The notes beneath the pieces are model-generated. The model searched no databases. It saw nothing but the letters and a program-made list of their open reading frames with translations, and had not been told where the DNA came from. The translations under genes were made by a program, and so were the position numbers. From assembly GCA_963704165.1 (NCBI GenBank), contig CAVPHD010000011.1, positions 160,001 to 224,000 on the forward strand: a stretch of 64,000 bases of DNA, given 5' to 3'. Below are positions 25,677 through 35,631 of the stretch, in pieces. Numbering within the stretch: position 1 is the first letter of the stretch; every line of letters begins with the position of its first letter. The DNA is from an uncultured delta proteobacterium (GTDB lineage Bacteria > Myxococcota_A > UBA9160 > SZUA-336).

Positions 25677-27326
25677 ATGGATCCGAACTCGCAAACGATT
25701 CCCCAACTGATTCTCGACGCGGTCGATCGCTTCGGATCGAAGACCGCGATCGAGGACGACGCGGCGACGCTCAGCTACGCCGGGCTCGCGGACGCCGTGA
25801 TCGAGGCCACGAGCGCGTTTCTCGAGGCGGGGATCGAGACCGGTGACCGCGTCGCCGTCTGGGCCCCGAACATCTGGGAGTGGATCGTGGCGGCGCTCGG
25901 CCTGCAGGCGGCCGGGGGCGTGCTCGTCCCGTTGAACACGCGGCTCAAGGGAATCGAGAGCGGGTACATCCTGGAGAAGAGCGGCGCGCGGATCCTCTGC
26001 ACCGTGCGCGGATTCCTCGACGTGGACTACGTCGAGCTGCTTCGCGGCGCGCTCGGTGGAGAACGCGAAGGGCGTCCGATCGCGGGGCTCGACGCGCTCG
26101 AGTCGATCGTCGTCTTGCGTGGCCGCGCCGGAGACACGGCCAGCCCGGGCATCGTCTCGTGGACCGACTTCATCGCGCGCGGAAGGTCGGTCTCCCCTGC
26201 CGATGCACGCCGCCGCGCGCGTTCCGTCTCGCCCGACGACCTGTCCGACATCCTCTTCACCTCGGGCACGACGGGAAAGCCGAAGGGCGTGATGACGACG
26301 CACGCCCAGAACCTGCGCTGCTTCGCGAGCTGGAGCGAGATCGTCGGGCTGCGCGCGTCGGACCGCTATCTGATCGTGAACCCCTTCTTTCACTCCTTCG
26401 GCTACAAGGCCGGATGGCTCTCGGCCTTTCTCCGCGGCGCGACGGTTCTTCCGCACGCGGTCTTCGACGTGCCCGCGGTGCTCGCGCGAATCGGCCGCGA
26501 CCGGATCAGTGTCCTTCCCGGGCCCCCGACGCTGTACCAAACCATTCTCGCTTCGCCTGCGCTCGGGAAACACGACATCTCGTGTCTGCGCCTCGCGGTG
26601 ACGGGAGCGGCCGCGATCCCGGTCGATCTGATTCGCCGAATGCGCAGCGAGCTCGGCTTCGAGACCGTGATCACCGGGTATGGACTCACCGAGAGCTCCG
26701 GCGTGGTCAGCATGTGCCGCCCGGAGGACGATCCCGAAACGATCGCCACCACGTCCGGGCGCGCGATCCCGGGCGTCGAGCTTCGCTGCATCCGAGAGGA
26801 CGGCACCGAGGCTCCGCGCTTCGAGCCCGGCGAGGTGGTGCTTCGCGGCTACAACGTGATGCGCGGCTACTTCGACGACGCCGACGCGACCGACGAGGCG
26901 ATCGACCGCGAGGGATGGCTGCACACCGGAGACATCGGCGTGATGGACGAGCGCGGGTATCTGCGCATCACCGATCGGATCAAGGACATGTTCATCGTCG
27001 GGGGGTTCAACTGCTACCCGGCCGAGATCGAGAACATCATGCACGGGATCGAGGGGCTCTCGCAGGTCGCGGTGATCGGCGTCCCCGACGAGCGCCTCGG
27101 AGAGGTCGGCATGGCGTTCGTCGTGCCGCGCCCCGGCGTCGCGCTCGATTCCCGCGCCGTCACGAGCTGGTGTCGGGAGCAGATGGCCAACTTCAAGGTT
27201 CCGCGTCACGTCGAAATCGTCGACTCGCTGCCGACGAACGCCACGGGAAAGGTCACGAAGTTCGTGCTCCGCGAGCGAGCCGCGGAGAAGCTGCGCGCGT
27301 CAGAGAAAGCGCGCGTAGTCGTCTAG
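25677..27326 (+). CDS. fadD3: FadD3-like HIP-CoA ligase
   Basis: FTSGTTGKPKG, VNPFFHSFGYKAG, YGLTE, GGFNCYPAEIE. Confidence 0.8.
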   Translation: MDPNSQTIPQLILDAVDRFGSKTAIEDDAATLSYAGLADAVIEATSAFLEAGIETGDRVAVWAPNIWEWIVAALGLQAAGGVLVPLNTRLKGIESGYILEKSGARILCTVRGFLDVDYVELLRGALGGEREGRPIAGLDALESIVVLRGRAGDTASPGIVSWTDFIARGRSVSPADARRRARSVSPDDLSDILFTSGTTGKPKGVMTTHAQNLRCFASWSEIVGLRASDRYLIVNPFFHSFGYKAGWLSAFLRGATVLPHAVFDVPAVLARIGRDRISVLPGPPTLYQTILASPALGKHDISCLRLAVTGAAAIPVDLIRRMRSELGFETVITGYGLTESSGVVSMCRPEDDPETIATTSGRAIPGVELRCIREDGTEAPRFEPGEVVLRGYNVMRGYFDDADATDEAIDREGWLHTGDIGVMDERGYLRITDRIKDMFIVGGFNCYPAEIENIMHGIEGLSQVAVIGVPDERLGEVGMAFVVPRPGVALDSRAVTSWCREQMANFKVPRHVEIVDSLPTNATGKVTKFVLRERAAEKLRASEKARVVV

Positions 27327-28133
27327 CACCGGGAGGACGACGTCGGCCGGTCCCGACGGAAGTCTCGCCACGACTTCGCTGACCCCGATCGACTCGTAGT
27401 ACTCGAGCTTCTCCGGATCGGGGAAGCTGCCCATCAGGACGATGCGAAGCTCCGCCGGATCGCGGCCGACGTCCTCGAACGCGCGGCGCAGCGCGGGAAG
27501 CGCACGCGCGACACCCGCTCCGCCGATCGGCAGCCAGCCGTCACCGAACTCGGCGATCATCGCGAAGAGCGTCGGCCCCGCGGCCCCGCCGAGGAGGATG
27601 GGAAGACGCGGGCGTCGCACCGGCTTCGGCCAGGACCAGCTCGGCTCGATGCGCACGAACTCGCCCTCGAACGAAGCCGAGTCGAGCTCCCAGAGCGCGC
27701 GCATCGCGAGCGCCTTCTCACGCACGACGTCGCGGCGGCGGCGGAAATCGACGCCGTGGTTCTCGGCCTCTTCCCGGTTCCAGCCAAAGCCGATGCCGAG
27801 CACGACGCGTCCACCCGAGAGCAGATCGAGCGTCGCGACCTCTTTCGCGGTGACGATCGGATCGCGCTGTGCGAGCAGGGCCACGCCGGTGCCGAGCTCG
27901 ATGCGCTCCGTCACCGCGGCCGCGGTGGCCAGCGCGACGAAGGGATCGAGCGTGCGGCGGTACGCGTCGGAAAGCTCCGCCTCCCCGGTCGGGGCCGGAG
28001 TCGCCCGGCGCGTCGGGATGTGCGTGTGCTCCGGAACGTAGAGCGAGGCGAATCCGCGCGCCTCCGCCTCGCGCGCCAGCGCATCGGGGCGCATCGCGCG
28101 ATCGGTCGTGAACATGGTCACGCCCAATCGCAT
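27300..28133 (-). CDS. LLM-class, probably F420-dependent oxidoreductase
   Basis: YVPEHTHIP, LDPFVAL, GFGWNREE. Confidence 0.8.
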   Translation of the reverse strand: MRLGVTMFTTDRAMRPDALAREAEARGFASLYVPEHTHIPTRRATPAPTGEAELSDAYRRTLDPFVALATAAAVTERIELGTGVALLAQRDPIVTAKEVATLDLLSGGRVVLGIGFGWNREEAENHGVDFRRRRDVVREKALAMRALWELDSASFEGEFVRIEPSWSWPKPVRRPRLPILLGGAAGPTLFAMIAEFGDGWLPIGGAGVARALPALRRAFEDVGRDPAELRIVLMGSFPDPEKLEYYESIGVSEVVARLPSGPADVVLPVLDDYARFL

Positions 28134-28137
28134 CGAC

Positions 28138-29373
28138 TCACTCCGGGTCCGGCGCTTCGATCGCGCCGGCTCGAATGGCTTCGCGGATCTCGTCCGCCGA
28201 CATGCCGAGGAGATCGCCGAAGACGTAGTCGTTGTCCTGCCCGAGCGCGGCGCCGGCGGGACCGCTGCGCCCGGGCGTACCGCGCAGGCCCAGCGGAATG
28301 CCCGTCGCGACGACCTTCCCCTTCGCGTAGTGCGGGATCTCCTCGAAGAAGCCGCGGGCTTCGAGGTGCTCGTCGCGCTCCCGCTGGTCGCGCGTGTTCT
28401 GCACGACCCCGGCCGCGATTCCGGCCTGCTGAAGCGAGCGCATGACTTCGTCGTCGCTCCGTTCGGCCGTCCATGCGCCGAGTCCCGCATCGAGCTCGTC
28501 CGCGTGCTCGAGCCGCGACTCCGGCGTCGCAAAGCGCGGATCCGCGGCCCACTCGGGACGGTCGACGACGCGGCAGAGGCTCGACCACGCCTCGTCGGTC
28601 GAGACCGAGATCGCGCAGAAGCGGTCCTCGCCGCGGCACGGGTAGCAGCCGTGCGGGGCCGCCCACGTCGACCGATTGCCCCGCTTCGGCGGCTCGACGC
28701 CGTTGGCCAGGCGCTCGAGCAGCACGTGCCCGAGCGACGCGACCGTCACCTCGAGCTGGGACAGGTTGATGTACTGCCCGACGCCCGTGCGCCCGCGGTG
28801 ATCGAGCGCGCAGAGCACGGCGAACAGACCGTGCAGCGCGCTCAGCCCGTCCGGGTACGCGTACTGCGTCATCGTGCACGCGCGACCCGGGAAGCCCGAG
28901 AGCTCGCCAAATCCCGAGAGCGCCTCGATGTTCGGCCCCCAGGTCACGTAGCTGCGATTCGGCCCGGAGTCGCCGAAGCCCGAGCTGCTCAAGACGACGA
29001 GATCGGATCTCTCGCTCGCGAGGGTCTCGTAGCCGAGACCGAGCTTGTCCATCACGCCCGCGCTGTAGTTCTCGATCACCACGTCGCAGATGTGGACCAA
29101 CCGCTTCGCGAGTCCGACGGCCTCGGGATTCGTCAGGTCGAGCGCGATGAAGCGTTTTCCGGCGTTCCAGTCGGTGAACCACGGAGAGAGCTGCGGCTGG
29201 GTCCCCATCTCGGGAGCCCACGGCGGCACGTAGAGCCGCACGACGTCGGGTCGGTTCTTCGACTCGACGCGGATCACCTCGGCGCCGCAGTACGCCATCC
29301 AGCGGCCGATCCACGGTCCCGCCATCGCCGACGTGAACTCGAGAACGCGCAGACCTTCGAGGGCTCCCGCCAT
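28138..29373 (-). CDS. Family III CoA-transferase (catalytic Asp present)
   Basis: LRVLEF, NAGKR, YPDGLSALHG. Confidence 0.88.
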   Translation of the reverse strand: MAGALEGLRVLEFTSAMAGPWIGRWMAYCGAEVIRVESKNRPDVVRLYVPPWAPEMGTQPQLSPWFTDWNAGKRFIALDLTNPEAVGLAKRLVHICDVVIENYSAGVMDKLGLGYETLASERSDLVVLSSSGFGDSGPNRSYVTWGPNIEALSGFGELSGFPGRACTMTQYAYPDGLSALHGLFAVLCALDHRGRTGVGQYINLSQLEVTVASLGHVLLERLANGVEPPKRGNRSTWAAPHGCYPCRGEDRFCAISVSTDEAWSSLCRVVDRPEWAADPRFATPESRLEHADELDAGLGAWTAERSDDEVMRSLQQAGIAAGVVQNTRDQRERDEHLEARGFFEEIPHYAKGKVVATGIPLGLRGTPGRSGPAGAALGQDNDYVFGDLLGMSADEIREAIRAGAIEAPDPE

Positions 29374-29377
29374 GGCG

Positions 29378-30589
29378 TCAGATCGTCCGCTCTTCCGCGA
29401 GCCCGCGGAGCTCGTCCTCGGACACGCCGAGCTCGACGCCGAAGATCTCCGCGTTGTGCTCGCCGACGCGAGGTGCCGGCCGCGCGATCCGCCACGGCGT
29501 GCGCGCATGGCGAAACGGCGCGCCGGGAGTGCGCGTGCGTCCCGCACTCGGATGCTCGACGTCGACGAAGAACTCGCGCGCGGCGAGCTGCGGGTCGGCG
29601 ATCAGAGCGGAGGCGTCATGGACCGGCGTGAACGCGATGTGGCGACGCTGCCCCTCGTGATAGATCTCCGCCACGCTGAAGCGCTGCGTGAGTTCGGAGA
29701 TGAACAGGTCGAGAAGCTCGCGGTACTCGATCCGCTTCGACGACGGGCCCTCGAACATCGGGTCGAGAACCTCCTCGTTGCCCGTGACGTCGTGGATCCA
29801 GCGCGCCAGGGCCTGCCAGTGCGCGGGCCGGTTGATCATCAGGTAGACGAGACCGTCGCGACACGGATACGTGCCGGACGGCACCGAGGCGAAGAGACCG
29901 GCGCCGCGCCGGCGCGGGATGATCCCGTCGTCGAGCCACTTTCCGACCCCGGTGATGTGGGTCATCGCGAGCACGACCTCCTGAATCGAGATGTCGACAT
30001 GCTGACCCCGCCCGCTCCGCGTCCCGTGAAGCAACGCGATCATGCTGCTCGACGCCGCGCAGAGCGAGGCCGAGACGTGCGCTTGCTCCCCCGCGAGCCG
30101 CACCGGCGGGTCGTCGGCCTCCCCGATCACGCCCATCGATCCGCCGAGCGCGCTCGCGACCAGGTCGGACGACTTCCAGCTTCGCCGCGGTCCGGTCTGA
30201 CCGAATCCCGTGATCGAGGTCAGAACGACGCGCGGGTTCAGGCGCGCGAGCGCCGCGTAGCCGAGCCCGAGCTGATCGAGGTGCCCGGGAGCGAACGTCT
30301 CGATCACGACGTCGGCCGTTCGCACGAGGTCCCGGAAGAGCTCGCGTCCGCGCGGCCGGGCGAGATCGAGCGTGACGCCGCGCTTGCTCGTGTTCATGTA
30401 CAGGAAGAACAGGCTCGCATCGGGGTGCGCGGCGCCCGAACGGAACGGTGGAACGCGCCGCGTCGCATCGCCGCCGGGTGTCTCGATCTTGATGACGTCC
30501 GCGCCCATGTCGGCGAGCAGCTTGCCGCAGTAGGCGCCGCTCTCGTCGGCCAGATCGAGGACGCGCCGGCCGTGCAGCGCCCCGGTCAA
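29378..30589 (-). CDS. Family III CoA-transferase subunit (catalytic Asp apparently absent)
   Basis: VLDLADESGAYCGK, NTSKR, GEQAHVSA; TTG start overlaps the upstream stop. Confidence 0.85.
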   Translation of the reverse strand: MTGALHGRRVLDLADESGAYCGKLLADMGADVIKIETPGGDATRRVPPFRSGAAHPDASLFFLYMNTSKRGVTLDLARPRGRELFRDLVRTADVVIETFAPGHLDQLGLGYAALARLNPRVVLTSITGFGQTGPRRSWKSSDLVASALGGSMGVIGEADDPPVRLAGEQAHVSASLCAASSSMIALLHGTRSGRGQHVDISIQEVVLAMTHITGVGKWLDDGIIPRRRGAGLFASVPSGTYPCRDGLVYLMINRPAHWQALARWIHDVTGNEEVLDPMFEGPSSKRIEYRELLDLFISELTQRFSVAEIYHEGQRRHIAFTPVHDASALIADPQLAAREFFVDVEHPSAGRTRTPGAPFRHARTPWRIARPAPRVGEHNAEIFGVELGVSEDELRGLAEERTI

Positions 30590-31719
30590 CGCCCCCCGTC
30601 CAGTGCCGACGCGGCCACGAGCTCCTGCAGGTAGCGCGTGTCCCACCACGAGAGCTGAAGCTGCTTCGCGCGCCGGAAGTAGAGCTGGATGTCGTACTCG
30701 ACGACGAAGCCGACTCCGCCCCAGACTTGTTGCGCCATGGCCGTGACGTCGCGGAACGTCTGGCAGGCGAAGAGCTTCGCCATCGGCGCGAGCCGATCGG
30801 CGGGCCGATCGTTCGAGATCGCCCAGGCCGCTTCGTAGACCAGCGTCTTGCCGCCGTCGATCAGCGTCGCGGCATCGGCCAGGTAGTGCGAGATCGCCTG
30901 GAACGAGCCGATCTGCTTGTCGAACTGCTTGCGCTCCTTCGCGTACTCGACGGTGATCTCGAGCGCGCGCTCGGCTCCGCCCATCGCCTGCGCCGCGAGC
31001 AGGACGATTCCGCTCTGCATCGCCCGGCTCCACGTCGCCCAGCCCGTGCCCTTCGCGCCGATCCGGGCCGACGCCGGCACACGCACGTCGGAGAAGTCGA
31101 CGCGGTACTGTGTATCGGAGGCGAGGCTGCGCTGCTGCGTCGCCTCGACACCGGGAGACGCCGGGTCGACGAGCAGGAGATCGATCTCGTCGCGCGCGTC
31201 ACCGCTTCGCGCGAGCACGAGCCATCGCGTCGCGGAGCGCGCGAACGGCACGTGCAGCTTGGTTCCGCGCAGACGGTACCCGTCGGCGATCGGCTCCGCG
31301 ACGAGCTGGACGCCCTCGGGACCGAAGCCGCGCTTCGGCTCGAGCCAGGCGGGCGCGAGGATGCACTCGCCGGCCGCCAGCTTCGGCAGCAGGGCGCGCT
31401 TCTGTTCTTCGTCGCCCGAAAGCCGGAGGGCCGTCGCCCCGAGCACCGAGCTCGCGAAATACGGCGACGGCGCGAGCGCCCGGCCGAGTTCTTCGAAGAC
31501 CACGGCGCCGTCGAGCAGGGTCTGAGCGGATCCGCCGTAGGATTCCGGAATCAGGAGCCCGAGCAGACCGAGCGCGCCCATCTGCTTCCAGAGCTCCGCA
31601 GGGTACCCGATCGGATCGTCCTCCATCGCGCGCACGACACCGATCGGCGAGAAGTCGCGACAGACTCCCCGCACCATCTCTCGCAGCATCTCCTGCTCTT
31701 CGCTCCAGTCGAGATCCAT
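30586..31719 (-). CDS. Acyl-CoA dehydrogenase family subunit
   Basis: EEQEMLR, RKQFDKQIGSFQAI, QVWGGVGF. Confidence 0.9.
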   Translation of the reverse strand: MDLDWSEEQEMLREMVRGVCRDFSPIGVVRAMEDDPIGYPAELWKQMGALGLLGLLIPESYGGSAQTLLDGAVVFEELGRALAPSPYFASSVLGATALRLSGDEEQKRALLPKLAAGECILAPAWLEPKRGFGPEGVQLVAEPIADGYRLRGTKLHVPFARSATRWLVLARSGDARDEIDLLLVDPASPGVEATQQRSLASDTQYRVDFSDVRVPASARIGAKGTGWATWSRAMQSGIVLLAAQAMGGAERALEITVEYAKERKQFDKQIGSFQAISHYLADAATLIDGGKTLVYEAAWAISNDRPADRLAPMAKLFACQTFRDVTAMAQQVWGGVGFVVEYDIQLYFRRAKQLQLSWWDTRYLQELVAASALDGGR

Positions 31720-31737
31720 CGCTCGTTTCCTTCGACG

Positions 31738-32220
31738 TTACGGCTGCCACGCCTGGCCGCGGCGCTTCCAGGGGTTGTCCGATTCGCTCGCGGGAAGCGC
31801 GATGCGGGCGACGCAGCTCATCATGGTCTCCTCCTTCACCGCGAGATCGATCGAGACGCTCGCCCAACGACAGCCGGCGTCGTCGGTCGAGACACCATCG
31901 ACGCTGCCGCGAAACACCATGGTGTCGCCCGGGCAGACCGACTTGCGGATCTTGAACTTCATGCGCCCCAGACGCCCCAGAGGGCCGGTCCAGTCCGAGA
32001 GGAAGCGTTCGAACCACGCGACCATGTTCGGCGTGTTGAGGAAGATGTCCCGCACGCCCTGGTGGATTGCGAACGCCTTGTCGTGGTGCATCGGCCGCCA
32101 GTCCCGCGCGGCCAGCGCGCCGAGGACCACCGTCGTCGCCGACACGTCCACCGCGAGCTCGGGAAGCGAGTCCCCGGGCTTCACCTGATCCGCGAAGAGG
32201 ACGTGGAACGCCGCTCCCAC
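31738..32220 (-). CDS. MaoC-type hydratase subunit
   Basis: RDWRPMHHD, DIFLN. Confidence 0.8.
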   Translation of the reverse strand: MGAAFHVLFADQVKPGDSLPELAVDVSATTVVLGALAARDWRPMHHDKAFAIHQGVRDIFLNTPNMVAWFERFLSDWTGPLGRLGRMKFKIRKSVCPGDTMVFRGSVDGVSTDDAGCRWASVSIDLAVKEETMMSCVARIALPASESDNPWKRRGQAWQP

Positions 32221-32222
32221 GC

Positions 32223-32741
32223 TCAGTCCCTCCGGTAGCCGAAGCAGTTGTAGCTCTCGGTGCCCACCCACTCGTCGCGCTGGTTGCGGTACTCGACCTC
32301 GATGACCCAGAAGCGACCGGTGCCGAGCTTGTTGGTCCTCGGCTCGGAGATCGAGCGCAGCGTCTGCACGCTTCGCAGTCGGTCGCCGGGGCGCACCGGC
32401 TCGCCGAACGTCAGCTCGTTGTCGGCGATGATCGCCTCGGGGAGCGCGAGCTCCCGCTTCAAGCGGAAGTGCATTTCGAGGGGAAGGCGCTCCTCGCGCC
32501 GGCCCGGCGCCCAGTGGTGCGGACGAAGCCACACCGACAACATGCTCGGCGGCGCGATCGGCCCGTCGGTGATCGAGCGCGCGACGTCCTCGTCCCAGTA
32601 CAGCGGATTGCCGTTCTCGACGGAGGCGCAGCTCGTGGCGATGTAGCCGCGCTCGATCTCGAACTCGCCGACGTCCTCGACGAGCGGCTTTCCGATCCAG
32701 GACCGCACGTGTTCGGGGAGCTCGGGAAGCGGGCTCGTCAC
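32223..32741 (-). CDS. MaoC/FAS1-like hotdog dehydratase subunit
   Basis: NPLYWD, IAPPSML, GTGRFW, YRNQ. Confidence 0.75.
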   Translation of the reverse strand: MTSPLPELPEHVRSWIGKPLVEDVGEFEIERGYIATSCASVENGNPLYWDEDVARSITDGPIAPPSMLSVWLRPHHWAPGRREERLPLEMHFRLKRELALPEAIIADNELTFGEPVRPGDRLRSVQTLRSISEPRTNKLGTGRFWVIEVEYRNQRDEWVGTESYNCFGYRRD

Positions 32742-33903
32742 GCGACCACTCCTTCGGCGTGCAGACGCTCGATCTCCGCATCGCTCACGCCGGCGCCGCG
32801 CAAGAGCTCGCGCGTGTCGGTGCCGGACCCCGCGCGGATCTCGCTCGATCGTTCGCGGCTCGCCCCGGCCAGGATCGGGGCGAGCTGGCGCAGCGCACCG
32901 TGCTCCGCATGCGTCGCCGTCGTGAACGATCGGCGTTCGCCGAGGTGCGGATCCTGAATCAGCTCCGGAACCGAGTAGACCGGCGACACGCAGGTATCTC
33001 GCGGCGCCAGCTCGGCGATCCACTCGTCGCGATCGCGGCACGCGAAACGCCGCGCGGAAGGCCGCGCGGATCTCGTCCTGCCGCTCATCGTCGAGCTGGT
33101 GGGGAATCCAGACCTCGAGACCCAGCGCCCGACACAGATTCGCGTAGAACGCCGGCTCGATCGCGGCCACCGCGATCGAGCGGCCGTCGCGCGCCGCGTA
33201 CACGTCGTAGCAGGCGTAGCGGCCGGTCAGGATGTCGCTTCCCGGCCCCGGCTCGTCGCCCGGTCGCGAGAAAGCCGTCGATCGAGAGCGACATCAACGA
33301 GAGCACACCGTCGGTGACCGAGACGTCGAGGTGCATCCCGTCGGACGAGCGCCCGCGCCGCAACAGCGCAGCGAGGATCGCGATCGCCGCGTGCATGCCG
33401 CCGCCCGCGGCGTCGGCGACGCTGGCACCCGGAAGCGCCGGAGTCCCGTCGGCCCGCCGGCCCGTGCACGCGAGGTAGCCGCCGAGCGCCAGGTAGTTCA
33501 GATCGTGCCCCGCCCACTGCGCGTAGGGTCCGGTCTGGCCGTAGCCGCTCGTCGAACAGTAGACGATGCGCGGATTCAGACGCCGGACCTCGTCGTAGCC
33601 GATGCCGATCCGGTCGGCGACGCCGGGACGGAAGCTCTCGATCCAGACGTCGGCGGATTCCACCAGGCGCAGCAGCGCGCGCCGACCCTCGGGATGCTTC
33701 AGATCGACCTGCAATCGCCGCATGACCCCGACCCGCGCCGTAGCTGTGGAACGGCGGCTGGATCTGCACCGAGCCTTTGCGCGGCGGCGGTCCGACCTTG
33801 ATCACGTCGGCGCCGTAGTCCGCGAGGATGCGCGAGCAGCGCGAAGCCGGCCCGACGCTCGAGAAGTCGAGCACGCGGAAGCCCTCGAGGAGAGGTTGCG
33901 CAC
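32738..33903 (-). CDS. Alpha-methylacyl-CoA racemase-like family III CoA-transferase, frameshifted
   Basis: AGHDLNY, ADAAGGG, AIEPAFY motifs, typical of Mcr/AMACR. Confidence 0.7.
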
Positions 33904-33915
33904 GACACGGCCCGC

Positions 33916-35110
33916 TCAGAAGTTGCGCGGGAGCCCGAGCTTGCGCCGCGCGATGATGTTCTTCTGGATCTCCGACGCGCCGCCGCCGATGGTCTCGACC
34001 ACCGTGCAGCGATAGCTCGTGTCCGGCCGTCCCCTGCATCGGCGCGTCCGCCTCGCCGATGCGCAGCTGCGCCGTCGGCGCCGCCGATGTCGAGCGACGC
34101 GTTGGCGACGCGCTGCGAGAGCTGCGTCGCGTAGAGCTTGTACTCGACGCCTCGCCGGTCGGCGCGGCCCCACCCTTCATCGACTTCGCGACGAAGCGCA
34201 GGCCCGAGCACGCGCGCGACCTCGGTCTCGGTCAGCGAGCCGCGCGATCCGCTGCGCGGATGACCGGGTCTTCGCGCAGCGGCTGGCCGTCGCGCTCCTC
34301 GCTCGCGACGTACTCGCGCAGAGAGCTCGACCCGCTCCTCGATCGGCGAGAACGTGAACATCGTGAAGCGTTCGAGATCGAGCGCTTCGGAGATGTACTG
34401 AAAGCCCCGGTTCAGCTCGCCGACCCGGTAGTCGTCGCCGACGTAGACGTTGTCGAAGAACACCTGGTTGGTGATCTCCGCTCGCCGATCGTCGGCATCG
34501 CGCTGCACGGTCAGTCCCGGGGAATCCATCGGGAGCAGGAACAGGGTGATGCCGTCGTGCTTGGCCCGCGTCGGAGTCGGTGCGCGCCCCGACCCAGTAC
34601 CACTCGCGCGAAGTGCGCCGAGGTCGTGAAGATCTTCTGGCCGTTGAGCCGCCAGCCGTCGCCCTCGCGCGTCGCCTTGAGCTGCATCGCGGCGGCATCG
34701 GAGCCCGCCTGCGGCTCGCTGTAGCCGATCGCGAACTCGATCGTCGTTGCGTGAGGATCTTCGGCAGGAACTCGCGCTTGAGCTTCTCGCTGCCGTGGCG
34801 GATCAGCGTCTTGCCGATGATGCCGACGCCCTTGCCGATCTGCGGCGCGCCGCCGGCGCGCCAGGCACTCGTTCAGCAGGAACTCGTAGATCCCGTCGGC
34901 CTCGCTGCCGCCGTACTCCTTCGGCCAGGTCATGCCGAGCCAGCCGCGCTCGCCGATCTTCTTCATGAAGGCGCGACGCTTCGGCGTGTCGACGAGCTGC
35001 GCCATGTTCTCGCGGCTCGGGTCCATGACTTCGGGATCGTGGTTCTCGTCGAGGAAGCGCTCGACCTCCACCACGAACGCCTTCTGCTCGTCGGTGAAAT
35101 CGAAATCCAC
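33916..35110 (-). CDS. Acyl-CoA dehydrogenase, many frameshifts
   Basis: WPKEYGG, IGYSEPQAGSD, NGQKIFTT, TIGGGASEIQKNII. Confidence 0.8.
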
Positions 35111-35123
35111 CGCTGGGAATCTC

Positions 35124-35149
35124 CTCACTCGCGAGTCAGATGGAAACTA
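35124..35149 (-). promoter_or_regulatory. Operator CTGACTCGCGAGTGAG overlapping the RBS, with a possible -10 (TAGTTT) just upstream
   Basis: Matches the motifs at 6819-6834 and 44135-44150. Confidence 0.55.
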
Positions 35150-35178
35150 CCACAGATCGGAGGTCCGGGAGCGCCCGC

Positions 35179-35631
35179 CTAGACGAGCGTCCAGCTCGGT
35201 AGCACCACCCCGGCCTGATCGTGGAAGCGAACCGAGACGCGGCGTCCGATCGCGACCGCCTCGGCTTCGCCGTCGCTGCGCAGCAGCCGCCCGTCGCGAT
35301 CGACCAGGTATCCGACCAGTCGCACGCCTTCGTCGAGCTCCACGAGCAGGAGCACGTACGGAACCCGGTCGGCAAAGGCCGGCAGCGTCGGTGGCCGCAT
35401 CACCGTCCAGGAGGCCACGAAGCCGTCGCCCGAGACCTTCGTCCACACGGGGTCGGGGGATTGGCAGCTCGAGCAGATCGGTCGCGGCTGCCAGAGCCAC
35501 TTCGCGCACGAGGCGCAGCGCTGGATCCGCAGCTCCCCGCTTCGGCACCCGTCCCAGAACGGCTGCGTGTCCGCGTCGGGCACCGGCACGGGAAACATCC
35601 GGGATGGATCGGCTGCGAGATCGGTCACCAC
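35179..35631 (-). CDS. DUF35 Zn-ribbon/OB-fold protein
   Basis: PFWDG, CASC...CSSC, VELDEG. Confidence 0.85.
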   Translation of the reverse strand: MVTDLAADPSRMFPVPVPDADTQPFWDGCRSGELRIQRCASCAKWLWQPRPICSSCQSPDPVWTKVSGDGFVASWTVMRPPTLPAFADRVPYVLLLVELDEGVRLVGYLVDRDGRLLRSDGEAEAVAIGRRVSVRFHDQAGVVLPSWTLV

